Positions 1-11,500 are shown, counted from the stretch's first letter. The stretch is 64,000 nt of DNA from Gammaproteobacteria bacterium (GCA_965116795.1 OZ220716.1:192001-256000); one strand, 5' to 3'. Numbers and translations: made by a program. The notes: generated by a model not told the origin, from the letters alone.

Positions 1-867
1 GGCACTGACGGTGTCGGCAGTAAACTGTTATTAGCCACCCAAGCACAATGTTTTGACACAATTGGGATCGATTTGGTTGCCATGTGTGCTAACGATGTCG
101 TGGTATGTGGCAGTGAACCATTATTCTTTTTGGATTATTACGCAACAGGTCATCTAGACGTTGATCAAGCAGCACTCGTGATCAAAGGCATTGCTAACGG
201 GTGCAAGCAAGCTCACATGGCATTAGTCGGCGGTGAAACTGCTGAGCTACCCGGGATGTATCAACAGGGTGATTACGACTTAGCTGGCTTTTGTGTTGGC
301 ATCGTAGAAAAAAATGCGATCATTGATGGTAGTCAGGTTAAGCCAGGCGATGTATTAATTGGCTTAGCTTCATCCGGTGCACATGCAAATGGTTATTCAC
401 TGATCCGACATGTATTGCAGCAGCAACAGCTCAGCATTGATGCAATAGCACCATTTGATCAACACACGACACTTGCTGATAATCTACTAGCACCTACAAC
501 TATCTATGTTAATAGTATTCGCCAATTATTATCTACTGTGCCAATACACGCGATTGCACACATTACCGGTGGCGGCTTACTGGAAAACATACCACGTACA
601 CTACCAAGCACTGTTTATGCTGAGATTGATTTAACATCTTGGCAAATCCCACCACTGTTTCAATGGTTAGCTACCTGTGGCAACATCGATGAACAAGAAT
701 TATTACGCACATTTAACTGTGGTATCGGTATGGTGTTATGTGTTAGCCAAGATCATGTTGATACCTGTTTGCAACAATTAGCTGAATTAGGTGAAACAGC
801 ATGGTGTTTAGGTCACATCTATGCACGTCAATCTAATCAAGCGCCTGTTTCTTTTAAACAAAAATAA
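1..867 (+). CDS. purM: Phosphoribosylformylglycinamidine cyclo-ligase (AIR synthase), 5'-truncated by the window edge
   Basis: Frame open from base 1 (GTDGVGSK), then [25 protein letters not shown] and TFNCGIGM motifs; precedes purN. Confidence 0.97.
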   Translation, partial: GTDGVGSKLLLATQAQCFDTIGIDLVAMCANDVVVCGSEPLFFLDYYATGHLDVDQAALVIKGIANGCKQAHMALVGGETAELPGMYQQGDYDLAGFCVGIVEKNAIIDGSQVKPGDVLIGLASSGAHANGYSLIRHVLQQQQLSIDAIAPFDQHTTLADNLLAPTTIYVNSIRQLLSTVPIHAIAHITGGGLLENIPRTLPSTVYAEIDLTSWQIPPLFQWLATCGNIDEQELLRTFNCGIGMVLCVSQDHVDTCLQQLAELGETAWCLGHIYARQSNQAPVSFKQK

Positions 868-872
868 ATAAC

Positions 873-1547
873 ATGATGCCCCACACAATTAAACAACCAC
901 TCAACATTGGCGTTTTGATTTCCGGACACGGATCGAATTTACAAGCGATTATCGATGCCATTGCTAACAATACGTTGGATGCTAACATCGTTAATGTTAT
1001 TAGCAATCGAACAGATGCGCCTGGATTATTACGCGCTACACGTGCTGGGATTATTACCACCACATTAGCAACGACAGATTACCCAAACCGAGATGCGTTT
1101 GATTTGGCGTTAGCCGATTGTTTAGCAACGACCAAAGCCGATTTATTTGTATTAGCCGGTTTCATGCATATTTTGCCGGCAACCATCGCCAATGCTCATG
1201 TAGGTCGTATGATCAATATTCATCCTTCATTACTGCCTAAATACCGCGGACTCCATACTCATCAACAGGTATTAGCTGCAGGTGATCAACAACACGGCAC
1301 AACTGTGCATTTTGTCACCCCCAGCTTAGATGCTGGCCCTATCATTGCCCAAGCCCATTTTGCAGTCGATCCCAACGACACGCCGACTACACTCAAGGCT
1401 CGCTGCCAAACATTAGAACACCGTTTATTACCACGTGTAATTGGTTGGTTCGCCGACGATCGAATAAGATACCAGCGAGATAGCGTCACATTCGACAAAA
1501 ATCCTTTGCCTGCTGAAGGTGTACAATTCTCTGAAAGCCAACTGTAG
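873..1547 (+). CDS. purN: Phosphoribosylglycinamide formyltransferase
   Basis: LISGHGSNLQA, INIHPSLLPKYRG, GTTVHFV..LDAGPII motifs. Confidence 0.97.
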   Translation: MMPHTIKQPLNIGVLISGHGSNLQAIIDAIANNTLDANIVNVISNRTDAPGLLRATRAGIITTTLATTDYPNRDAFDLALADCLATTKADLFVLAGFMHILPATIANAHVGRMINIHPSLLPKYRGLHTHQQVLAAGDQQHGTTVHFVTPSLDAGPIIAQAHFAVDPNDTPTTLKARCQTLEHRLLPRVIGWFADDRIRYQRDSVTFDKNPLPAEGVQFSESQL

Positions 1548-1763
1548 ATTGTTTCTTAGATCCTAACATCACCCTAGTGATTGATAATTAAACATTTTTT
1601 GACTACGCAAACTGAGAAACTGCCTGCTATAGTTACTAGCAAGCACGAACATGAGCAACGTACAATACATAGCCAATATCATAAGTTGATGAAATTGCGA
1701 CATTTTAATTGAATTTGCTACGATTATTCGATGGCTCGACACAGTATTTAGGATGAGGGAAAC

Positions 1764-2150
1764 ATGATCAAATCAGAACTAATTGACAAAATGACCAATC
1801 AAATGCGGATGCTATCTGATACCACAGTTGAAGCGGCGATTAATCACATTCTTGAACAAATGAGTCACGCATTAAGTCACGGTCAACGGGTAGAAATTCG
1901 TGGCTTTGGTAGTTTAAGTTTACATTTTCGTGCATCACGGATTGCGCATAACCCTAAAAACAAACAAAAAGTATCAACAAAACCGAAATACATCCCTCAC
2001 TTCAAACCCGGCAAGGAATTACGTGAACGCGTCAATAACGCTTATCTAAATAATCAACAAACTAGCCATCAAAATATGACTGGTAGTCATCGTGATAACG
2101 ATGATAGTGGTGATGGCGGTAATGGCAGTAATAATAATACATCTTGGTAG
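1764..2150 (+). CDS. ihfB: Integration host factor subunit beta with a low-complexity C-terminal extension
   Basis: MIKSELI, GQRVEIRGFGSLSLHFR, PHFKPGKELRERVN. Confidence 0.9.
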   Translation: MIKSELIDKMTNQMRMLSDTTVEAAINHILEQMSHALSHGQRVEIRGFGSLSLHFRASRIAHNPKNKQKVSTKPKYIPHFKPGKELRERVNNAYLNNQQTSHQNMTGSHRDNDDSGDGGNGSNNNTSW

Positions 2151-2220
2151 CAGATAACTTTTGATAAAGTACAGTCAATAAACATACTAACTTCGACTAT
2201 TATGGAATGGCATTCCATAA

Positions 2221-2402
2221 TATAGCTTTTCAGAAAAATAAATTGGATTTTAGCATTCAGATTGAGTTTAGATAGCCGGGTTACAATTGAAAAAAAGCGG
2301 AAGAATAGTTGGGCTATTTTGAGCATTTTTTGAATGAGCAACGCGGCTAGATGAGCCCAAGATGAAATGATTAAATCCAATTTATTTTTCTGAAAAGCTA
2401 TA
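2221..2402. repeat. 182-bp Correia-like MITE, family D copy 1
   Basis: 30-bp perfect TIR TATAGCTTTTCAGAAAAATAAATTGGATTT; a near-identical inverted copy lies at 27945-28126. Confidence 0.92.
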
Positions 2403-2427
2403 GTTGGAAACTCGGTTAGTCACTTTC

Positions 2428-2994
2428 TCACGTTCTTGGTAAAGTCACACCGCGCTGCCCTTGGTATTTACCACCGCGATCACGATACGACGTTAAACAC
2501 GCTTCATCCGATTGCAAGAATAACATTTGCGCCACTCCTTCATGTGCATAAATCTTTGCAGGCAGTGGTGTGGTATTAGAAAATTCCAAGGTGACATGCC
2601 CTTCCCACTCAGGTTCTAACGGGGTGACATTGACAATGATCCCGCAACGCGCATACGTCGATTTGCCTAAACAGACTACCAACACATCACGTGGTATGCG
2701 AAAGTATTCCACTGTCCGTGCTAAAGCAAATGAATTCGGGGGAATAATACACACATCCGATTTCATATCAACAAAACTCTCTGAACTAAATGCTTTGGGA
2801 TCAACAACTGCTGAATTAATGTTGGTAAATATTTTAAATTCATCTGCACAACGCACGTCGTAACCATAGCTAGAGGTACCGTATGAAATAATTTTATGGC
2901 CGTCATGTTCGCGAATTTGACCAGCGATAAATGGCTCGATCATATTCGTCGTCTCTGCCATCGTTTGGATCCATTTATCAGACTTAATACTCAT
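2428..2994 (-). CDS. dcd: dCTP deaminase
   Basis: [45 protein letters not shown]. Confidence 0.97.
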   Translation of the reverse strand: MSIKSDKWIQTMAETTNMIEPFIAGQIREHDGHKIISYGTSSYGYDVRCADEFKIFTNINSAVVDPKAFSSESFVDMKSDVCIIPPNSFALARTVEYFRIPRDVLVVCLGKSTYARCGIIVNVTPLEPEWEGHVTLEFSNTTPLPAKIYAHEGVAQMLFLQSDEACLTSYRDRGGKYQGQRGVTLPRT

Positions 2995-3012
2995 CGGTTA
3001 CATTCTCCTAAT

Positions 3013-4101
3013 TCAACGATTTGCAATGCTAATTTTCGGGAACTTATGCGCATCCGATTTCGGTAACCCCGCCAATGCCACACTCATATTTACTCCTATT
3101 TCGATATAGCGCTGACGCAATGGATCGGTCTTATTCATTGCAGCCACTGTTGGCGTACCGCTATCGGTTTGTGCGCGAATAGCCATTGCCAATGGTATTT
3201 GTCCAAGCAACGGCACCTGCATTGTATCGGCGAGGATCTTACCACCATCTGCAGCAAAAATCGCTTCTTCATGGCCACATTGGGTACACACATGAGTGCT
3301 CATGTTCTCGATGATACCCAACACAGGGATCTTCACTTTATTAAAAAAACTGATCGCACGTTTGGCATCGATCAATGCCAGATCTTGTGGTGTGGTGACG
3401 ACAACTGCAGCAGTGACTGGCATTTTCTGCGCTAAGGTTAATTGAATATCACCAGTGCCCGGTGGTAAATCAATAATAAGATAATCAAGTTGCTGCCACT
3501 GGGTATCATTTAATAATTGTTGCAATGCACGACTTACCATTGGTCCACGCCACGCCACCGCCGCTGCACTATCGACGAGGTAACCCATCGACATGGTTTG
3601 CAACCCATGACACGTAATCGGCGTTAATCGTTTATTTGTATTAGCTTCCGGTTGTTGATCAGTGGCACCTACCATGGTAGGGACACTGGGCCCATAAATA
3701 TCAGCATCTAATAATCCAGTACGTGCACCCAATGCAGTTAATGACAATGCCAAATTCACTGCTGTGGTTGATTTACCAACGCCGCCTTTACCAGAACCCA
3801 CAGCAATAATGTTTTTAACCCCGGGGAGCGCTGTGGTTGTTTGTACTTGATGTCCACTAACCTGCCAATCTAAGGTTAGTTTAACCGTATTAACCCCCTC
3901 AAATTGTTGTAAATGATTCATCCATGCTTGGGTTAACTTGTCTTGTATGTCATCGATTGGATACGGTAAACGCAAGTGTAAACTCAATGTTCCTGCATGT
4001 AATTGTGATGAGACAATGTAATCAGAAAATGTGATCGCTGCATGAAGCATTGGATCAACAAATTGGTTTATATGATCATGTAAGCGTGTTTGATCAGACA
4101 T
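3013..4101 (-). CDS. apbC: Fe-S cluster carrier ATPase ApbC/Mrp
   Basis: SGKGGVGKST Walker A, DADIYGPS, WRGPM, DLPPGTGD, ENMS..C..C. Confidence 0.95.
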   Translation of the reverse strand: MSDQTRLHDHINQFVDPMLHAAITFSDYIVSSQLHAGTLSLHLRLPYPIDDIQDKLTQAWMNHLQQFEGVNTVKLTLDWQVSGHQVQTTTALPGVKNIIAVGSGKGGVGKSTTAVNLALSLTALGARTGLLDADIYGPSVPTMVGATDQQPEANTNKRLTPITCHGLQTMSMGYLVDSAAAVAWRGPMVSRALQQLLNDTQWQQLDYLIIDLPPGTGDIQLTLAQKMPVTAAVVVTTPQDLALIDAKRAISFFNKVKIPVLGIIENMSTHVCTQCGHEEAIFAADGGKILADTMQVPLLGQIPLAMAIRAQTDSGTPTVAAMNKTDPLRQRYIEIGVNMSVALAGLPKSDAHKFPKISIANR

Positions 4102-4119
4102 AAATTAACCTTATTACTT

Positions 4120-4734
4120 TCAGATACGGTCTGCTGCTGTATTCGTTTCACTAGCATGAGATTGCACACAATTAATAAAATAACGATGGATACGCTGTTC
4201 ACTGCTCAATTCCGGATGAAAGCTTGCCGCAAAACAGTTACCTTGGCGTACCATAACTGGCATATCTTGATAACAAATTAAAGTATCCACTGTTGACTGT
4301 TGTGCGATAATTTGTGGCGCACGAATAAAGACTAATTCCAATGGCGATGTTGTCCATTCAGCTACACTGACGTCAGTTGTTTGCACAATATGACTGGCTA
4401 ATTGACGTCCATATGCATTGCGTTGCACATCGATATCAATTAACCCAAGTGATGCTTGTGTTGGTTCGCTTACCGTACGTGCTAATAAAATCATACCCGC
4501 ACAGGTACCAAAAATAGGTTTTTGTTGTTGGTGAAATGTGAGTAGCGCATCACGCAACTGCATTGTGTCGAGTAACATCAATAATGTTGAACTTTCGCCG
4601 CCTGGAATGATTAAGCCATCGACTCGTTGCAAATCAGCAGGTGTTTTGACTAATTGGGTTACACAACCACATTGGGTTAACATTGCAACATGCGCCGCAT
4701 AGCCACCTTGTAAGGCTAATACACCGATTACCAT
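4120..4734 (-). CDS. pdxT: Pyridoxal 5'-phosphate synthase glutaminase subunit
   Basis: GVLALQG, PGGESST, GTCAGMIL, RNAYGRQ, FIRAP, FHPE. Confidence 0.95.
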   Translation of the reverse strand: MVIGVLALQGGYAAHVAMLTQCGCVTQLVKTPADLQRVDGLIIPGGESSTLLMLLDTMQLRDALLTFHQQQKPIFGTCAGMILLARTVSEPTQASLGLIDIDVQRNAYGRQLASHIVQTTDVSVAEWTTSPLELVFIRAPQIIAQQSTVDTLICYQDMPVMVRQGNCFAASFHPELSSEQRIHRYFINCVQSHASETNTAADRI

Positions 4735-4736
4735 TA

Positions 4737-5624
4737 TTAATCGCCTCGGTCTTGAAAACGTCTTTCTGGAGTCAACTCATCTATGTTGAGTCCAACCATG
4801 GCTTCACCTAAATCTTCAGACACTTCTGCTAGTACGTTCGGATCATCAAAACAGGTAACCGCTTGCACAATCGCATGCGCACGTTTAGCAGCATCACCTG
4901 ATTTAAAAATCCCCGACCCAACAAATACCGTTTCAGCACCCAATTGCATCATTAAAGCAGCATCGGCTGGCGTAGCCACACCACCGGCGGCAAAATTAGG
5001 CACCGGTAATGTCCCATCCTGAGCCACACTGCAGACTAATTCATACGGTGCACGTAATTCTTTTGCTGCTATCATTAATGCTTCTGGCGGCAGGGTTGTT
5101 AAACGTTTAATGTCACTTTGAATGCTGCGCATGTGACGTACGGCTTCAACCACATTACCTGAACCGGCTTCACCTTTACTACGAATTAATGCCGCGCCTT
5201 CACCAATGCGACGTAATGCTTCGCCAAGATTTTTCGCACCACACACAAATGGTACATCAAACGCGTGTTTATCAATGTGATAATGCTCATCTGCAGGCGT
5301 TAATACTTCACTTTCATCGATAAAATCAACGCCTAAGGCTTGTAAAATTTGTGCTTCGACAAAATGGCCAATGCGTACTTTCGCCATCACCGGAATATTA
5401 ACCACGCGCATGATATCTTTAATTAATTTAGGATCGCTCATACGCGCTACCCCACCTTGATAGCGAATATCAGCAGGGATGCGCTCCAAGGCCATCACCG
5501 CAACCGCACCGGCTTTTTCAGCAATCATTGCTTGTTCTGGGGTAGTAACATCCATAATCACCCCACCTTTTAGCATTTCAGCCAAGCCTGTTTTTAACCG
5601 TAATGGATGTGTTGGCATGTGCAT
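4737..5624 (-). CDS. pdxS: Pyridoxal 5'-phosphate synthase lyase subunit
   Basis: [46 protein letters not shown]. Confidence 0.97.
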   Translation of the reverse strand: MHMPTHPLRLKTGLAEMLKGGVIMDVTTPEQAMIAEKAGAVAVMALERIPADIRYQGGVARMSDPKLIKDIMRVVNIPVMAKVRIGHFVEAQILQALGVDFIDESEVLTPADEHYHIDKHAFDVPFVCGAKNLGEALRRIGEGAALIRSKGEAGSGNVVEAVRHMRSIQSDIKRLTTLPPEALMIAAKELRAPYELVCSVAQDGTLPVPNFAAGGVATPADAALMMQLGAETVFVGSGIFKSGDAAKRAHAIVQAVTCFDDPNVLAEVSEDLGEAMVGLNIDELTPERRFQDRGD

Positions 5625-5795
5625 TCCTCCCCGCGGATATAGGTATTGTGAAAGTAGGTAAAACAGTCAGTAGAATACCTGATCAACCCAAAATGGGGAA
5701 GTGGCTCACCAGTTCTTCTCACTCTATTTGGCTGTTCTCTAGACAATAAATGCGCTAAAATCTCGAGTTAATTATACAGATGTGGGCAATACACG

Positions 5796-7451
5796 ATGAA
5801 CAACAATAAACGACGTATTATGGTGACGTCAGCATTACCCTATGCCAATGGTGATATCCATTTAGGGCATTTGGTTGAATACATTCAAACGGATATTTGG
5901 GCACGTTTCCAACGGTTGCGCGGCCATCAATGCTTATATATCTGTGGTAGCGATGCTCACGGCACACCGATCATGTTATCTGCTGAACGTGCTGGGATCG
6001 ACCCAGAAACCTTGATCGAACAAACTCGAGCTGATCAATTAGTCGATTTTAATGCATTTGATATTCAGTTTGATAATTTCTATACGACGCATTCGCCTGA
6101 AAATCAGCACTGGTGCGAAACAATTTATGCTGCACTGCAAGCCAATCATGCGATTGATAAACGTACTGTCGTCCAAGCTTATGATCCGCAACGCAATATG
6201 TTTTTACCGGATAGGTTTGTCAAAGGAACCTGCCCAACCTGTCAGACACCGGATCAGTACGGTGATAGTTGTGATCACTGCGGAGCAACCTATTCACCGT
6301 TAGACATGATCGATCCGGTCTCAAGCATTAGCGGCGCTACGCCTGTTGAAAAAACAGCAGAGCACTATTTCTTTAAATTAACCGAATGTAAAAACATGTT
6401 AATGACATGGTTATCAACCACACCACTGCAAGCAGAAGTGAAACATAAATTACAAGAATGGTTTGTCAGTGGTTTACAAGATTGGGATATTTCACGCGAT
6501 GCCCCTTATTTTGGTTTTCCTATTCCAGGAGAGTCGACAAAATATTTCTATGTGTGGCTTGATGCACCGATTGGTTACATTGCCAGTTTAGCCAATTTAG
6601 CCAAACGGCAATCCACTATAACGGTTGATGATTTTTTTGGTAAAACAGCTGCAGATAATACTGAGCTATATCATTTTATCGGCAAAGACATTATGTATTT
6701 TCATGCCTTGTTCTGGCCAGCGATCTTACACAGTGCGGGTTACCGTTTACCGACTAATATTTTCGTGCATGGCTTTTTGACAATCAATGGCGAGAAGATG
6801 TCAAAATCACGTGGCACATTTGTCAATGCAAAACATTATTTAGCCCATTTAGATCCCAGTTACTTACGTTATTATTTCAGTGCCAAATTAGGTAATAACG
6901 TTGCTGATATTGATTTAAACTTGGTGGATTTCCAACAGCGGGTTAATGCAGATTTAGTTGGTAAGGTGGTTAATATCGCTAGTCGTTGTGCCGGGTTTAT
7001 CCATAAATATGCACAAGGTGCATTAGCAGATACACTGGCTGAGCCTGCGTTATATGCTGAATTCGCTGATACCAATCAGACGATTGCCGATGCATTCGAA
7101 GCACGTGAATTTTCTCAAGCAACTCGGCAGATCATGCAATTGGCTGATAAAGCCAACCGTTATATCGATCAACAGCAACCGTGGGTACTAGCTAAGCAAG
7201 CTGGCAATGAACAAACTATTCAAACAATTTGTACTCAAGGATTAAATTTATTTAGGGTGCTTATTATTTATTTAAAACCGATCTTGCCTAAGCTAGCAGG
7301 TGATGTTGAAACCTTTTTACAAATTGAGCCACTGCAATGGGATGATTGCCAGACACCACTGTTGTCGCATGACATTGGCATGTTTAAACCATTACTGCAA
7401 CGTATCCGTGAAGAAGATATCAATCCGTTACTTGACTCATTTGCTGATTAA
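5796..7451 (+). CDS. metG: Methionine--tRNA ligase (short form without the C-terminal tRNA-binding domain)
   Basis: [11 protein letters not shown] (HIGH-type motif), Zn knuckle CPTC..CDHC, KMSKS. Confidence 0.97.
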   Translation: MNNNKRRIMVTSALPYANGDIHLGHLVEYIQTDIWARFQRLRGHQCLYICGSDAHGTPIMLSAERAGIDPETLIEQTRADQLVDFNAFDIQFDNFYTTHSPENQHWCETIYAALQANHAIDKRTVVQAYDPQRNMFLPDRFVKGTCPTCQTPDQYGDSCDHCGATYSPLDMIDPVSSISGATPVEKTAEHYFFKLTECKNMLMTWLSTTPLQAEVKHKLQEWFVSGLQDWDISRDAPYFGFPIPGESTKYFYVWLDAPIGYIASLANLAKRQSTITVDDFFGKTAADNTELYHFIGKDIMYFHALFWPAILHSAGYRLPTNIFVHGFLTINGEKMSKSRGTFVNAKHYLAHLDPSYLRYYFSAKLGNNVADIDLNLVDFQQRVNADLVGKVVNIASRCAGFIHKYAQGALADTLAEPALYAEFADTNQTIADAFEAREFSQATRQIMQLADKANRYIDQQQPWVLAKQAGNEQTIQTICTQGLNLFRVLIIYLKPILPKLAGDVETFLQIEPLQWDDCQTPLLSHDIGMFKPLLQRIREEDINPLLDSFAD

Positions 7452-7455
7452 TCAT

Positions 7456-8085
7456 ATGAATAACGATAACGATCGGATCCAACAAATTGATGCGTTACTG
7501 CCACAAACCCAATGTGATTTATGTGGTTATGGTGGTTGCAAACCCTATGCGACAGCCATTATCAACGACAATGCACCTATTGACCGCTGTCCACCGGGCG
7601 GAGTTGATACATTAACACAACTAGCTAAACTGACTGGACGCGATCCGCAACCATTGCTGGCCGAATTTAGTAAAACCGTTAAAGCACCGAGCATTGCTGT
7701 CATTGATGAAGCAGCGTGTATTGGTTGTACTAAGTGTATTCAAGCCTGTCCAGTCGATGCTATCATTGGGGCAGCTAAAGTTATGCACACGGTGATCACT
7801 GCTGAATGCACCGGTTGTGAATTATGTGTTGCACCTTGTCCTGTAGATTGCATTGACATTAAACCAGTTACCAAACAAACCTATCAAACACACAAAGCGC
7901 GTGCCCGATTTAACGCACGTCAACAACGTTTAGCAACCTTAGCAACCGCTAAAAAAGCACGCTTTGAACGTGCTAATGCTGCAAAAATGATTAAACAAGC
8001 TAACCAAGACAATCAACAAGCGAAGCGCGATTATATTCAACAAGCATTACTGCGCAAACGTCAACGGTCTATTAACAAGGAGTAA
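7456..8085 (+). CDS. rsxB: RnfB/RsxB-type ferredoxin (electron transport subunit B)
   Basis: [15 protein letters not shown], two CxxCxxCxxxCP clusters; start reassigned to ATG 7456 just after the metG stop. Confidence 0.9.
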   Translation: MNNDNDRIQQIDALLPQTQCDLCGYGGCKPYATAIINDNAPIDRCPPGGVDTLTQLAKLTGRDPQPLLAEFSKTVKAPSIAVIDEAACIGCTKCIQACPVDAIIGAAKVMHTVITAECTGCELCVAPCPVDCIDIKPVTKQTYQTHKARARFNARQQRLATLATAKKARFERANAAKMIKQANQDNQQAKRDYIQQALLRKRQRSINKE

Positions 8086-10632
8086 GTGACTATGCCAAGA
8101 AAAAAAGGAAGCCATACAGAAACTCCAACAACAATCGATTCACGTACACTTGGTTTTTTGAAACAAATGTCAGACAGTATACCACCAACCTATAAGAGTG
8201 AGCCTTCTGCTACAGAAATAGCAAATCATCAGCAGGTTTCAAGTAATACAGCAGTAAAACAAAGCCCAACTCCTGTTTCAACACTGAGTAATAGCCATGG
8301 CAAATTATCTAAATGGAAACGACGATCGCCTCCTCTATCGTCAATTTCTCTATCGTCAACTCCTTTATCTTTTGGATTCTTTTCAAAGTCAGAACCACCA
8401 CCATCACTCAGCCCATCAATGGAATACCCTTTTCCAGAACCACCATTACTGATCAGTGAGAAAACGTCTTTACTTAACATTCATAAACATATCTTTTTTT
8501 GCTTATTTGGTAACTTAAAAATCAAACAAAAACATTTTGCCGCGTTCTTCAGTGCAAACCCAATCATTGATGAGCAAATACCTGTTGATGATAAACACAT
8601 TTTTTTACAATCTTTATTACTGAACTTAAATTCAACGACTGCAAACATGTTACTAGGCCATGGAACAGATAAAAGGCAAGCATCGGCATTTGCTGAACTA
8701 CTAACATATCTCACCGAGTCGATGCCACAACCGCAACCTGGTAGCATTAAATCCTATATTGAAGCGATTGCTGATATCAAAATAGAAGAACAGCAAGTAT
8801 CTGTACAATTCCCTTATCAATATACATTCGAAACAGAAAAACGTAATTATTTGATAAAAAAAATGTATGGCTATTATGATCTTTTTACTTTTGTTCTTAA
8901 CACGCATACATATGAGACTCTTGCAGATAATGTGCTTGATCAAATTAAAACTGATCTAGAGGAACTATTAAATGGTAAAGTACTTAGCCCATTCTCAAAT
9001 GGTATATCGTTCTTAGATGGTGTATCTACTTATGTGAACAGATTGCTAAATGAAGATAAACTGATTATTACACATTCACATGGCATATCGATCATATTTA
9101 ATATCATGTTTGTAAAATTAACTAATATAAGCCCAGAAAATAGAGCACGTCATGTCGATAAGTTAATTGATTCATTATTAAAATGTGCTTCAGGCTGGCA
9201 CATTGCATTTGGTATCAATTTAGAACAGATCACAACATTATTTAACATTCTCGATGAGACACAAAAAGCAACTTTACCTAAGAAACTATTTGATTTAATT
9301 GATCAAGTCGATGAAGCAGATGGCGCACTTACAAAAAAAGAATGTGTGCTGTTTTGTGAACTCTTCATTCAATCACAACTAATATTATCATTAGAACTAT
9401 CATTAGATAATAAATTACACCTGTTACGTACATTATTCACATTAAAATCAGATGGAATAGATGAATTAATTTGTCAAATCCCGTGGCTACTAAAACATAT
9501 TTACCAAACTGATGAATTAAAATCTGTTTTGCTGAGTCGCGTTAAATACTGGTTTTCATTTGACTGCTTGAAGAATCTGTCTGACGAAACAACAAGGGCT
9601 TTTGCGGTAAGCGATGTCTTGGTTGATGACACGCAAGACAAAACACTTGAGAAATATTACTATAAATACCCCTTGCTGACAGATAATGAAATTACTAGCA
9701 TTAATAACATTCGAGCAGGCATAACACTTAGTAAAATAAGGCAGCAATGGGTAATCACTTATAAAGAAATTTTAACTATTATTGGTACGGGCTGGGAGCC
9801 ATCACGTGATCAGCTTTTAAACATAACGTCAATAAAAAATAAGTTTTATGAAAAAATGGTCGACCATTTAAAGCAAAGCAATACGGACTTGCTTAATGCA
9901 CATAATCCAGAGCACTATACACTAGAGTCTCTGCCTGCTGTTATCGGCCAAGCAATACAAGTACAGCCTGATTTAGTGGTTAACTATAATGATCAAATAA
10001 AAAAAATGCAAAAATACTATATTGAAATAGGTAACCATTACCGACCTGCTGGAGAAATAACTGTAAAGAAAGAAGAGGAACAAGTTGAAAAAACATATCC
10101 TCAAGCAGAAGGTTACATTAGCTTAAGTGAATTAGTTGACCAAGCAATACAGATAAAAATAAAAAATACATCAGGGATTAGCAATAGTTCTATTGAGCCT
10201 AGCGCTCATCATGCAGCTGAACTCATTAAAATATCTACAATCGAAGGTAGAGAACTATTCACAATCAAACTTATCGAGTTAATATATCAATCACAACGAC
10301 TAACATACCAACTACAACAAACTGAAAATAAATTAACACTCATGCCTGCTGTTGTTCGAGCTGTAAAATCACCAAATATGATATATATCTCTTCCAATTT
10401 GCAAGACAAAGTCATTGCAACATTGACTGGAAAACACACTGTATTCAAGGTTTTCAAAAAATCGTCTGGACATCTATCGCTGATGTCTAAGCAAGCAAAA
10501 TGGCACATTGAAGTCGAAGATGACGATATAGTTAAAAAAGCTATCGGTAAATTGATAGACGTCATTGCATCTGATAATCATTATGTTGTTGCAAACGCCA
10601 TAGTCAATACTGCATCACCACTACCGAAATAA
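8086..10632 (+). CDS. Large orphan protein with S/P-rich N-terminus; effector-like
   Basis: 848-aa ORF, AT-rich, no recognisable motif, inserted between rsxB and nth. Confidence 0.8.
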   Translation: MTMPRKKGSHTETPTTIDSRTLGFLKQMSDSIPPTYKSEPSATEIANHQQVSSNTAVKQSPTPVSTLSNSHGKLSKWKRRSPPLSSISLSSTPLSFGFFSKSEPPPSLSPSMEYPFPEPPLLISEKTSLLNIHKHIFFCLFGNLKIKQKHFAAFFSANPIIDEQIPVDDKHIFLQSLLLNLNSTTANMLLGHGTDKRQASAFAELLTYLTESMPQPQPGSIKSYIEAIADIKIEEQQVSVQFPYQYTFETEKRNYLIKKMYGYYDLFTFVLNTHTYETLADNVLDQIKTDLEELLNGKVLSPFSNGISFLDGVSTYVNRLLNEDKLIITHSHGISIIFNIMFVKLTNISPENRARHVDKLIDSLLKCASGWHIAFGINLEQITTLFNILDETQKATLPKKLFDLIDQVDEADGALTKKECVLFCELFIQSQLILSLELSLDNKLHLLRTLFTLKSDGIDELICQIPWLLKHIYQTDELKSVLLSRVKYWFSFDCLKNLSDETTRAFAVSDVLVDDTQDKTLEKYYYKYPLLTDNEITSINNIRAGITLSKIRQQWVITYKEILTIIGTGWEPSRDQLLNITSIKNKFYEKMVDHLKQSNTDLLNAHNPEHYTLESLPAVIGQAIQVQPDLVVNYNDQIKKMQKYYIEIGNHYRPAGEITVKKEEEQVEKTYPQAEGYISLSELVDQAIQIKIKNTSGISNSSIEPSAHHAAELIKISTIEGRELFTIKLIELIYQSQRLTYQLQQTENKLTLMPAVVRAVKSPNMIYISSNLQDKVIATLTGKHTVFKVFKKSSGHLSLMSKQAKWHIEVEDDDIVKKAIGKLIDVIASDNHYVVANAIVNTASPLPK

Positions 10633-10682
10633 AAGTAAATTAATGGTTTGCTGGCATTGCCATTTTGAGCATAGGAAAATGA

Positions 10683-11324
10683 ATGATGAACAAACAAAAA
10701 CGTAATGCCATTTTTGCACGCTTGCAACAAGCCAACCCGAATCCGACTACCGAATTACGTTATCAATCTCCCTTTGAATTGCTGATTGCCGTCATCTTAT
10801 CGGCTCAAGCCACCGATATCAGTGTAAATAAAGCTACCGCTAAGCTATTCCCTATGGCCAATACCGCTGAAGCATTACTGGCCCTCGGTATCGAGGGGCT
10901 CACCCCATATATTAAATCAATTGGCTTATTTAATACCAAAGCGAACAATATCATTAAGACGTGTGCACTGTTATTAGAAAAACACGATGGACAAGTTCCA
11001 CAACAACGTCATGAATTAGAAGCATTACCGGGAGTTGGCCGCAAAACAGCTAATGTGATCTTAAATACGGCGTTTGGTCAACCTACCATTGCAGTTGATA
11101 CCCATATCTTTCGCGTTGCCAATCGCACCGGGATTGCGCCAGGCAAGACTGTACTTGCTGTTGAGCAAAATCTATTAAAGCAGGTACCGGCCGCTTATAA
11201 ACACGATGCTCATCATTGGTTGATTTTACATGGACGGTATACATGCATCGCACGCAAACCGAAGTGTGGCAGTTGTATTATTGAAGACTTATGTGAATAT
11301 AAAGACAAAACCAGTGATGAATAA
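10683..11324 (+). CDS. nth: Endonuclease III
   Basis: LLIAVILSAQATD, LPGVGRKTANV HhH motif, VDTH, C-X6-C-X2-C-X5-C. Confidence 0.97.
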   Translation: MMNKQKRNAIFARLQQANPNPTTELRYQSPFELLIAVILSAQATDISVNKATAKLFPMANTAEALLALGIEGLTPYIKSIGLFNTKANNIIKTCALLLEKHDGQVPQQRHELEALPGVGRKTANVILNTAFGQPTIAVDTHIFRVANRTGIAPGKTVLAVEQNLLKQVPAAYKHDAHHWLILHGRYTCIARKPKCGSCIIEDLCEYKDKTSDE

Positions 11325-11341
11325 AAGTAATTACCTCTAGC

Positions 11342-11491
11342 TAGTCCTCACAAACAAAAAACGTCAGCTTTGAGTGGAGGTTGCCAGAAAATGTAATCAA
11401 AAAAGCGCAGTGTATTAGACATACATGAGCACTTTTTGGTTACATTTTCTGGCAAGATCCGCCAAAGATGGCGTTTCCTGAATAGGGCCTA
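11342..11491. repeat. About 150-bp palindromic element, family C (RPE/ERIC-like core)
   Basis: Long internal hairpin TTGCCAGAAAATGTAATCAAAAA / TTTTTGGTTACATTTTCTGGCAA around GCAGTGTAT-loop-ATACATGAGC; internally deleted copy at 61700-61758. Confidence 0.85.
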
Positions 11492-11500
11492 ATTACTAAA

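Noticed and set aside
2087-2380. 97-aa minus-strand ORF
   Set aside because: Starts inside the family D MITE and overlaps ihfB antisense
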